Below are positions 56,518 to 64,000 of a DNA stretch of 64,000 nt, one piece after another. The number at the start of each line of letters is the position of its first letter. The stretch's first letter is position 1. The stretch is from positions 2,144,001-2,208,000 of the forward strand of contig OZ243916.1 of assembly GCA_965213675.1 (NCBI GenBank), written 5' to 3'. The DNA comes from an uncultured Candidatus Binatia bacterium (GTDB lineage: Bacteria; Desulfobacterota; Binatia; UBA9968; JAJDTQ01). The notes under the pieces are model-generated. The model had not been told where the DNA came from. It was given only the letters and a program-made list of their open reading frames with translations, and made no database searches. The position numbers and the translations under genes were made by a program.

Positions 56518-56591
56518 GGGAATCCAGGCGGGGTGGGGGGGCACCGTCAGTGGGTCCCTCTCTCTGGATTCCCGCTTTCGCGGGAATGACG
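56500..56591. repeat. REP-like palindromic doublet, second copy
   Basis: Arms identical to those of 12455-12558 around a different spacer. Confidence 0.92.
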
Positions 56592-56822
56592 CTTCCTAAA
56601 ATTTCCCATAACCCTACTCCGCCGCTCAACCTCACCTACAGTGACATCCCCAACAACCCCCTCCTTGCAAGTCCCATCCCACTTGCCTCCCGGTCCTCTC
56701 CTTGCTTCCAGCTTCTGCAATATTGGGGGTTACCCATCTGCTTGTATTTCTTGTCGCCGGCGGCGTTGCGTTTGCTGGCGTCGCGCCCGCCGCATGGGGC
56801 GACCGCCGGTCTCCCCTACAAG

Positions 56823-58790
56823 TCATCGCGCCTCCGTGCCGCCGCTCCCCTCCTCCTGGAACTGCAACTCGTGCAGCCGGTGGTACACGCCGCGCCGCTC
56901 CATCAACTCGGCGTGGGAGCCCATCTCGCGGATGACGCCGCGGTGGAAAACCACGATGCGATCAGCGTTGCGGACGGTGGACAGGCGGTGGGCGATGATC
57001 AGACAGGTGCGGTTGGCCATGATCTTCTCGAAGGCGCCCTGCACGAGGAACTCGGTCTCGGTGTCGACGCTGGAGGTGGCCTCGTCCAACACCAGGACCT
57101 CGGGGTCCAGGACGAACATGCGCACCAGCGCCAGGAGTTGGCGCTGCCCGGCCGAGAGATTGTTGCCGCGCTCGCGCACGGCGGCACGCAAGCCTCCGGG
57201 CATGCGCTGGATGAAACCCTCGGCATTGGCGCTGCGCACGGCCGCGTGGATGCGCTCGTCGGGAATCGCCTCGTTGCCCAGTTTGAGGTTGGACAGGATA
57301 TCCCCGGAGAACAGGAACACGTCCTGCAACACCGTTCCCATGTGCCGCCGCAACGCGTCGAGTTCCCACTCGCGCACGTCACGGCCGCCCACTCGCACGG
57401 CACCGCTGTCCACGTCGTAGAAGCGGCTCATGAGCTTGATGGTCGTGGTCTTGCCCGAGCCGGTGGCGCCGATGACCGCCACCCGCTCGCCTGGCTCGAT
57501 GCGGAAGGACACGCCCTTGAGCACCGGGTCGTTGGGACGGTAGCTGAACCACACGTTGTCGAATTCCACCGCGGCGCGGGCCGCACCGTTTCCCCCGGAT
57601 GCCCGGTTCTCGCGGGCCGCGGACGCATCGTTCTCGGGATGACCCACTACGGGGCCGGCGTCCGACAGCGCGCCCTCCGGAAACCCGCCGTATGCAGCGC
57701 CGGCAACCGCGGCGCCGGTGCGAGCAGCGGGTTCAGCTTCCCTGCCCGATTTCTCCGGCGCGGTGTCCAACAGCTCGAATATCCGCTCGGCCGCGGTCAT
57801 GGCCGCCTGGATCACGGCGTACTTGTTGCTGAAATCGCGCAACGGCACGAACAGCCGGCGGATGTATTCGCTGAAGGCCACGAACGTGCCGATGCCCACG
57901 ACGCCCTGAAGCACTTCGCCGCCGCCGTACCACAGCAGCAGCGCGATGCTCAGCGACCCCGCCGCTTCCACCATGGAGAACAGCGAAGCCTCGTAGACGT
58001 TGGAGCGCTGGATGGCGTCGCGGTGCGCGCGGTTGAGATCGTCGAACTCCTCGTAGCTCCGGGCCTGCCGGTTGAAAAGCTGGATGACGGCCATGCCCGG
58101 GATGGCCTCGCCGAGATAGGCGTTGACCCGGGCGATGCGCGTGCGGATGAGGCGGTAGGTCTGCCGCGCCTTGATGCGGAAGACGTTGATGCCCAGCAGC
58201 AGGAACGGGATCAGCGCCAGCGACACCAGCGTCATTTCCACGTGCAGCGACAGCATGATGGCGACGATGGCCACGATGAGGACCAGGTCCGCCACCAGAT
58301 TCATGGCGCCGGCGGCGAACATTTCCTGCAGGACCTCCACGTCCGTGGTCATGCGCGTCATGAGCCGGCCCACCGGGTTGCGGTCGAAGTAGCTCATGGG
58401 CAGGCGCTGCACGTGGGAGAAGAGCTCGATGCGCAGGTCGGCGAGACACCGCTGCGCCACCCTCATGGACAGGAAGTACTGGAAGAAGTACGCCGCGGCC
58501 TCCGCCGCCAAAGCCCCGGCGAACAGCAGGCCGGTGGTCATGAGCGTGAGGCCGTCGCCCGCGCTGACGGCGTCGATGCCGAACTTGAGCAGCAGCGGCT
58601 GGGCCAGGTTGAAGCACTGGTGCACCGGCAGGAGCAACAGCGACAGGAAAAAGATCTTCCGGTGCGGCCGCACAAACCGCCACAGGCGCCGGGCCAGCGC
58701 CACGTCGTAGGCCTTGCCGGTGATGTCTTCCTGCTCTTCCGGGGCGTTCATGGGCATGCGACGCCCGTAGCCTCCGCCGCCGGCCCTCAC
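56823..58790 (-). CDS. ABC exporter permease/ATPase subunit (start GTG 58790 or ATG 58757)
   Basis: TM domain; GATGSGKT, LSAGQRQ, VLDEATS, IAHRLST. Confidence 0.92.
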   Translation of the reverse strand: MRAGGGGYGRRMPMNAPEEQEDITGKAYDVALARRLWRFVRPHRKIFFLSLLLLPVHQCFNLAQPLLLKFGIDAVSAGDGLTLMTTGLLFAGALAAEAAAYFFQYFLSMRVAQRCLADLRIELFSHVQRLPMSYFDRNPVGRLMTRMTTDVEVLQEMFAAGAMNLVADLVLIVAIVAIMLSLHVEMTLVSLALIPFLLLGINVFRIKARQTYRLIRTRIARVNAYLGEAIPGMAVIQLFNRQARSYEEFDDLNRAHRDAIQRSNVYEASLFSMVEAAGSLSIALLLWYGGGEVLQGVVGIGTFVAFSEYIRRLFVPLRDFSNKYAVIQAAMTAAERIFELLDTAPEKSGREAEPAARTGAAVAGAAYGGFPEGALSDAGPVVGHPENDASAARENRASGGNGAARAAVEFDNVWFSYRPNDPVLKGVSFRIEPGERVAVIGATGSGKTTTIKLMSRFYDVDSGAVRVGGRDVREWELDALRRHMGTVLQDVFLFSGDILSNLKLGNEAIPDERIHAAVRSANAEGFIQRMPGGLRAAVRERGNNLSAGQRQLLALVRMFVLDPEVLVLDEATSSVDTETEFLVQGAFEKIMANRTCLIIAHRLSTVRNADRIVVFHRGVIREMGSHAELMERRGVYHRLHELQFQEEGSGGTEAR

Positions 58791-60535
58791 AACTCCTCCA
58801 GTTCATCCGACATCTGCTGGCGCCGGTACATCTGCGCGTAAAGCCCGCCGGCGCGCACAAGCGATGCGTGGTCCCCGCGCTCGACGATGCGGCCCTCGTC
58901 CAGCACCAGGATCTCGTCGGCCTGCCTGATGACCGCCATGCGATGCGAGACGATGATGCACGTCTTGCCCTGGAGCACGCTCTCGAAGCCGTTGAGGATG
59001 CGCTGCTCGGTGTGCGCGTCCACACTGGACAGGCAGTCGTCCAGGATCAGGTAATCGGGATCGGCCAGGATGGCCCGGGCCAGGGTGGCCCGCTGCTTCT
59101 GGCCGCCGGAGAGGGCGATGCCCCGCTCCCCCACGCGGGTGTCCAGGCCATCGGGGAAGACCTCCACCTCGCTCTCCAGATCGGCGACATCCAGGACGCG
59201 CCGCACCTCCTGCTCGGTGGCCTCCGCATCGCCGAACTTGAGGTTGCTCTGGATGGAGGTGGAGAAGAGAAAAGGGTCCTGCGGGGCGTAGCCGATGGCG
59301 CCGCGCAACTCTTCCAAAGACAGCGCGCGGACATCCACGCCGCCCATGCGGATGGCGCCGGAAGTGACATCGTAGAGACGTGGAATCAGGTGCGTCAACG
59401 TGCTCTTGCCCGAGCCGGTGCGCCCGACAATGGCGACCTTGCGCCCCGGCGGCACCTCGAAGCTGATATCCTTGAGCACTGCTTCGTCATGGCCGGTTCC
59501 GTTGTAACCGAACGACACGCGGTCGAACTCGATGCCGCGCTCCTTGTCGCGCAACGGCGCCGGATGCTCGGGGTCGGCGATGGCCGGCTCCACCGCGAAG
59601 ATCTCCTCCAGCCGCTCCATGGCGGCGCGCCCGCGCTCCAGAAGCGAGATCATCCAGCCAAAGGCGGCCATGGGCCAGGCAAGCACGTTCAGATACAGGA
59701 TGAACGCCACCAAGTCGGCCACGCCGCTCTGCTCCCGCATGATGAGCCAGCCGCCGTACCACAGAACCACCATCACGGTGAAGCCGTGGAGCGCCACCAT
59801 CATGGGATTGATCATGCCGCGGCAACGGGCGAGGTCGAGGCTCCGTACCTGGTATTCGTCGTTCATCCCGGCGAAGACGGCAGTCTGGGGGCGCGCCTGC
59901 ACATACGCCTTGACCACGTGCATGCCGCTCAGGTTTTCCTGCACGTGAGCGCTCATGCGCGACATCTGCCGCTGCACCCGCAGGGACGCGCGCTGGATGC
60001 GCCCGCGGAACTGCCGGAACACCAGTGCCAGAAGCGTCAGGCAAGCGGCCACCGCCAGCGTCAGCCGCCAGTTCATGGCAAACATGAAGATCGCCGCGTA
60101 GACGAAATAGAGCGGCGTGTTCACGAGATTCAGGAACCCCGGACCCAGCAGCATGCGCACGGCGTTGATGTCGTTCACCGCCCGGGACATGAGGTCCCCG
60201 GTCTTCTGGGCCTGGTAGTATCCAAGGGGCAGCTTCTCCAGGTGGGCGAAAAGGTCGTTTCGCAGGTCGTATTCGACGTTCCGGCCCGCGTTGAAGATGA
60301 TGGAGCGGGAAATGCCCCGCAAGAGCCCACCCCCCGCCGCGGCCACGGCAATCAGCAGCACGTAGGTGCCCAACTCGGACTCGGGGTCGCCGCGCTCGAT
60401 GACGTCGATGGCCGCCCGCACCCACCACGGCACCAGCATGAGCAGGCTGGTGGTGCCGATCAGGCACAGCCCGCCCACCAGGTAACGGCGCCAATAGCGC
60501 CACAGATAGTCGATCAACCGTTCGATGCCGGCCAT
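58787..60535 (-). CDS. ABC exporter permease/ATPase subunit (heterodimer partner)
   Basis: GRTGSGKS, LSGGQKQR, degenerate Walker B LILDD, VSHR. Confidence 0.92.
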   Translation of the reverse strand: MAGIERLIDYLWRYWRRYLVGGLCLIGTTSLLMLVPWWVRAAIDVIERGDPESELGTYVLLIAVAAAGGGLLRGISRSIIFNAGRNVEYDLRNDLFAHLEKLPLGYYQAQKTGDLMSRAVNDINAVRMLLGPGFLNLVNTPLYFVYAAIFMFAMNWRLTLAVAACLTLLALVFRQFRGRIQRASLRVQRQMSRMSAHVQENLSGMHVVKAYVQARPQTAVFAGMNDEYQVRSLDLARCRGMINPMMVALHGFTVMVVLWYGGWLIMREQSGVADLVAFILYLNVLAWPMAAFGWMISLLERGRAAMERLEEIFAVEPAIADPEHPAPLRDKERGIEFDRVSFGYNGTGHDEAVLKDISFEVPPGRKVAIVGRTGSGKSTLTHLIPRLYDVTSGAIRMGGVDVRALSLEELRGAIGYAPQDPFLFSTSIQSNLKFGDAEATEQEVRRVLDVADLESEVEVFPDGLDTRVGERGIALSGGQKQRATLARAILADPDYLILDDCLSSVDAHTEQRILNGFESVLQGKTCIIVSHRMAVIRQADEILVLDEGRIVERGDHASLVRAGGLYAQMYRRQQMSDELEEL

Positions 60536-60829
60536 GTGGGAAGAAGCGGACCCCCTGGAGATTCGGATAGCTGCACGTCTTGCGGGAGGAAGGCCGCCGC
60601 AAAGGCGTTCGATTCAACTTAGCCAACGCGGTGGCGGATTTCCAATCGTGTTGCCCGCCACCGGGAGGGGGCGACGAAGGCCATCACCTTGACAACGCTG
60701 CCCTGAGTTGCTATCCGAAGTTCGTTGCTTGTTCAGTTTCTCCTTTGAAATCGGAGCGTTCGCCGTTCTACCCCAAACGCCGCCAGCATTACTGCCGGCG
60801 GCGCGGGATCAAGAGCAGGACCACGCCAC

Positions 60830-61459
60830 ATGGCCGAGCTTGAAGCACCGCACCAGAGCCGCCTCTATTCGGATCTCGCCCCGCTCTACGACAAGACGTT
60901 CGCGAGGTTTTTCTACTCGCGCGAACGGACGGTCATACAGGATCTGGGCATTACCAAGGGGGCCGAGGTCCTGGAGGTGGGTGTTGGAACCGGCGCGTCG
61001 TTTCCCGCCTATCCGCGCAACTGTCGTGTGATCGGCATCGATCAGGCTCCGCTCATGCTCGCCCAGGCGCGTGAGAAGATCGCCAAGTACGGCTGGCGCC
61101 ATCTCGACGTCAAGGAGATGGACGCCCTGAACCTCGACTTCGCCGACAACGCCTTCGACTACGTGACCGCGTTCCACGTAGTCACCGTGGTCCCCGATCC
61201 CATTCGCATGATGGCCGAGATGCGCCGCGTCTGCCGGCCCGGCGGCACCATCGTCATCGTCAACCACTTCACCACCGAATCGCGCTTCTGGGGTTCCGTC
61301 ACCAAGTCCCTCGACCCCATCACCCGCCGCCTCGGCTGGAGCACCCGCCTCAAGCTCAAGCCCTTCCTGCATCAAACCGGCTTCACCGGCTGCAGGGCCT
61401 ACCGGTTCTCGCGCTTCTCGCTGTACACGGTGGTAGTGGGAACGAACGAAAAGGCATAG
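60830..61459 (+). CDS. Class I SAM methyltransferase, PmtA (phospholipid N-methyltransferase)-like
   Basis: YD..F, VLEVGVGTG, MDA..L.FAD..FD, VVPDP, RVCRPGG..IVNHF. Confidence 0.85.
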   Translation: MAELEAPHQSRLYSDLAPLYDKTFARFFYSRERTVIQDLGITKGAEVLEVGVGTGASFPAYPRNCRVIGIDQAPLMLAQAREKIAKYGWRHLDVKEMDALNLDFADNAFDYVTAFHVVTVVPDPIRMMAEMRRVCRPGGTIVIVNHFTTESRFWGSVTKSLDPITRRLGWSTRLKLKPFLHQTGFTGCRAYRFSRFSLYTVVVGTNEKA

Positions 61460-61485
61460 ACCCGCCCCACGCCTGGCTCCTCCGG

Positions 61486-61674
61486 TCAGGCTGGACCCCG
61501 CCCGACATCCGCCAGCCCGATTGCGGTCACGCGCTCCCCGAGCGGGAACCGTTGCTCCCCCGGGTAAACCATGAACAAGTGGTCGAGCTTGAGATCGGCC
61601 AGCACCACGCCCCGGCTGCGTCCCAGCGCTTGCGTGACCTTGGGCTCAATGGCGTCTCGTTCGATGAAGGACAT
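61486..61674 (-). pseudogene. AAA_14/DUF4143 ATPase remnant: N- and C-termini fused in frame
   Basis: MSFIERDAIEPKVTQALGRSRGVVL (pre-Walker A segment) joined to ADLKLDHLFMVYPGEQRFPLGERVTAIGL (DUF4143 end; compare VVHPGDIRLPLGSGVTALP in the gene at 40168-41391). Confidence 0.75.
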
Positions 61675-61676
61675 TT

Positions 61677-61713
61677 CCTTGAAAATTGCCGCCGCGGCAA
61701 TAGATTTTCAAGG
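61677..61713. promoter_or_regulatory. Palindrome upstream of the DUF4143 remnant
   Basis: CCTTGAAAAT...ATTTTCAAGG perfect 10-bp arms. Confidence 0.6.
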
Positions 61714-61731
61714 TTTTCTCGGGGTGAGCAG

Positions 61732-61890
61732 CACTGCTGCCCCACAAAGACCAGGTACCGGGCAGGGGGAGTTGAGGGGAAGGTAGGGCAGGGGGAGGCG
61801 GGCGGAGGATGGAGAGGAGGGGGCGGCGGTCGAATAGGTTGAGATAGAGGAGGCGGAGGATTTGGAAGAAGGAGAGGGATAGGTACCGGT
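61732..61890 (-). mobile_element. IS4-family remnant (transposase C-terminus and right inverted repeat)
   Basis: Minus frame reads LSLSFFQILRLLYLNLFDRRPLLSILRPPP...PQLPL and ends in TTTGTGGGGCAGCAGTG, resembling the ...GGACAGCAGTG ends of this IS4 group. Confidence 0.65.
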
Positions 61891-62028
61891 CACGGCGTTG
61901 AGGGTGCGGTCATGGAGGGGACCGGGGTCTAATGGCAGGCGCCCTTCGATGCCTCCTCGGAAACGTTGCCGGATTCTGGATCAACCACCACCCCTCCCCC
62001 AATCGCCGAATCCGCTCGGCCCACGACG

Positions 62029-62694
62029 TTACGGGATGGACGGATTCACCAGCACACTCCCGTCATCGGCACATCCATCCTCTCCCGCCACCCTCACCTT
62101 CCGGCCTTCGACGACGAGGCGGCCTTCGCCGTAGAGCTGGATGGCGCGGGGGTAGATGCGGTGCTCCTGGGCGAGGATGCGCTGGGCGAGGGTTTCCTCG
62201 GTGTCGCCGGGGAGGACGGGGACGACGGCCTGGATGATGATGGGGCCTTCGTCGCAGCCTTCGCTGACGAAGTGGACGGTGCAGCCGGCGAAGCGGACGC
62301 CGTACTCGACGGCCTGGCGCTGGCCGTCGAGGCCGGCGAAGGCGGGCGACAAGGCGGGGTGGATGTTCATGATGCGGTTGGGGAAGCTTTGCACGAAGTA
62401 CGGCGACAGGAGACGCATGAAACCGGCGAGGACGACGAGTTCCACGCCCTGACGCCTCAGGTGCTCCACCACCACCTGGTCGTAGGCCTCCCGGGAGGCG
62501 TGGCCGCGGTGGTCGATGACCGTGGCGGGGATGCCGTGGTTCCGGGCACGGGTGAGCCCGTAGGCGTTCTCGCGATTGCTGACGACGGTGTGGATGCGGG
62601 CGTCGAGCCGGTTCTGCTCGATGGCGTCGATGATGGCCTGTAGATTGGTGCCGCCGCCGGACAGCAGCACACCGATGGGGACGTTGCGCTTCAT
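62029..62694 (-). CDS. purN: Phosphoribosylglycinamide formyltransferase
   Basis: SGGGTNLQA, LAGFMRLL, NIHP, GCTVHFV, DEGPII. Confidence 0.95.
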   Translation of the reverse strand: MKRNVPIGVLLSGGGTNLQAIIDAIEQNRLDARIHTVVSNRENAYGLTRARNHGIPATVIDHRGHASREAYDQVVVEHLRRQGVELVVLAGFMRLLSPYFVQSFPNRIMNIHPALSPAFAGLDGQRQAVEYGVRFAGCTVHFVSEGCDEGPIIIQAVVPVLPGDTEETLAQRILAQEHRIYPRAIQLYGEGRLVVEGRKVRVAGEDGCADDGSVLVNPSIP

Positions 62695-62756
62695 GGGAGG
62701 GCTTCCTGTTTGGTTAACCATCGCGGCGAGTGCTTCGACTCCCGCCAGGACCCTGC

Positions 62757-62846
62757 GGGCTTATCAAGACTCTGCCGGGAGGCAGGGGAATGGGTCCATT
62801 TCGCTGGGGTCCATTTAGCTGCCTCTCGCGACGATTGGATAAACCC
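62757..62846. repeat. Degenerate inverted-repeat (MITE-like) element between purM and purN
   Basis: GGGCTTATCAA...GGGAGGCAG versus CTGCCTCTC...TGGATAAACCC; internal GGGTCCATTT duplicated. Confidence 0.35.
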
Positions 62847-62890
62847 GGCAGGCACCTGTGGCGACGACGACCGCGGCGGATTCGACCCGG

Positions 62891-63925
62891 CTACTTGATG
62901 AACGAGACGCCGCGGCGCCCTTTGCGGATCTCGCCGATGACGGCGCAGGGCTCACGGCGGCGGCGCAGCGCGCGCTCCACGCCGGCGGCGTCCTCGGCGC
63001 CCACCACCAGGGCCATGCCGATGCCGTTGTTGAAGGTGCGGTCCATCTCGGCTTGGTCCACATGGCCCAGCCTTGCGATGAGATCGAAGACCGGCGGAAC
63101 CGGCCAGCTTCCCCGTCGTATCCATGCGCGCAGCCCCGCGGGCAGGACGCGGGGCAGGTTCTCCACCAGACCACCGCCGGTGATGTGGGCGATGCCCTTG
63201 ATGCGATGCCGCGCCACGAGCGCGCGAATGAGCGACGCATAGATGCGGGTGGGGGTGAGCAACTCGTCCGCCAAGGTTTGTCCCAGGTCCGCCACCCTCG
63301 ACCGCAGCTTGAGCCCGGCGGTTTCCAGCAGGACCTTGCGCGCCAGCGAATAACCGTTGCTGTGAAGCCCGCTGGAAAGCAGGCCGATGACAACGTCGCC
63401 GGCGCGCGCGGCACGCGGGTCGGGTATGCGCTCCTTGTCCACCACGCCCACGCTGAACCCCGCGAGGTCGTACTCGCCGTCTCCGTAGAAGGACGGCATT
63501 TCCGCGGTCTCGCCGCCCAGGAGCGCGCAGCCGGCCTGCCGGCACCCTTCCGCCACCCCGCCAATCACCGCCCGGACGGTGGCGGGCTTGAGCTTGCCGG
63601 TGGCGAAGTAGTCGAGGAAGAACAGCGGTTCGGCCGCTTGGGTGATGATGTCGTTCACCCCCATGGCCACGAGATCGATGCCGACGGTGTCGTGGCGGTC
63701 GGCCATGAAGGCGATCTTGAGCTTGGTGCCCACCCCGTCGGTGGAAGAGACCAGGACCGGGCGCCGGGCGCGCACTCGCGACAGGTCGAAGAGCCCGCCG
63801 AACCCGCCGATGCCGCCCATGAGTCCGGGCCGCGCGGTCTTGCGGGCCACGGACGCGATGGCGCGCACCAGCCGATGGGCGCCCTCGACATCGACGCCGG
63901 CGTCCTTGTAGGTGAGTTTCGCCAT
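62891..63925 (-). CDS. purM: Phosphoribosylformylglycinamidine cyclo-ligase
   Basis: YKDAGVD, GGFGG, STDGVGTK, GGETAEMP, SSGLHSNGYSL, HITGGG. Confidence 0.97.
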   Translation of the reverse strand: MAKLTYKDAGVDVEGAHRLVRAIASVARKTARPGLMGGIGGFGGLFDLSRVRARRPVLVSSTDGVGTKLKIAFMADRHDTVGIDLVAMGVNDIITQAAEPLFFLDYFATGKLKPATVRAVIGGVAEGCRQAGCALLGGETAEMPSFYGDGEYDLAGFSVGVVDKERIPDPRAARAGDVVIGLLSSGLHSNGYSLARKVLLETAGLKLRSRVADLGQTLADELLTPTRIYASLIRALVARHRIKGIAHITGGGLVENLPRVLPAGLRAWIRRGSWPVPPVFDLIARLGHVDQAEMDRTFNNGIGMALVVGAEDAAGVERALRRRREPCAVIGEIRKGRRGVSFIK

Positions 63926-63936
63926 GGCGCGCCGCG

Positions 63937-64000
63937 CTACTGTTGCTGCCCTTGGTTCAGCATCTCCAGCGCCCGCCGCGCCGCTTCCTGCTCCGACTGC
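63937..64000 (-). CDS. rnc: 3' end of a gene, probably ribonuclease III (dsRNA-binding domain helix)
   Basis: QSEQEAARRALEMLNQGQQQ* matches the (K)xAEQxAAxxAL terminal helix; only 21 codons visible. Confidence 0.6.
   Translation of the reverse strand, partial: QSEQEAARRALEMLNQGQQQ

Noticed and set aside
57590-57760. Insertion element inside the ABC exporter gene
   Set aside because: In-frame Ala/Gly-rich linker between TM and ATPase domains with no terminal repeats; ordinary linker expansion
61473-61495. TGGCTCCTCCGG as an att duplicate of the tRNA-Asn 3' end
   Set aside because: Only about 7 bp match, no T-arm sequence, and it lies on the 5' side of the tRNA

Overview
GC-rich bacterial chromosome segment. 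The gene mix (LLM oxidoreductase, amidohydrolase, TPP enzyme, FAH, many toxin-antitoxin pairs, REP-like palindromes) suggests an uncultured Deltaproteobacteria/Binatia-like lineage; this is inference only. Housekeeping and metabolic genes include cobB-type Sir2, two MFS transporters, a TRAP transporter, otsB, a YbdK-type ligase, phoX, tRNA-Asn, a heterodimeric ABC exporter, purM, purN and the 3' end of rnc. They are interleaved with accessory modules: an orphan Mad3/Mad4-like ATPase pair; a 1745-aa exonuclease-RecQ-UvrD fusion; two VapBC pairs; a RecQ-PRTase + DprA pair whose helicase carries a nonsense codon; Fic; an AAA/DUF4143 ATPase; and an eight-gene, tightly coupled Xre-RES / membrane protein / type I RM / AlbA / EcsC operon near the 3' end of tRNA-Asn. 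The most unusual non-coding feature is a REP-like hairpin at 12451-12562 flanked by mirror-image 21-bp tandem arrays that run into the start codon of the helicase fusion. Two internally deleted gene remnants and an IS4 end were also found. No CRISPR array, integrase or intact transposase was seen. All family calls come from motif recognition by eye, not from database searches.
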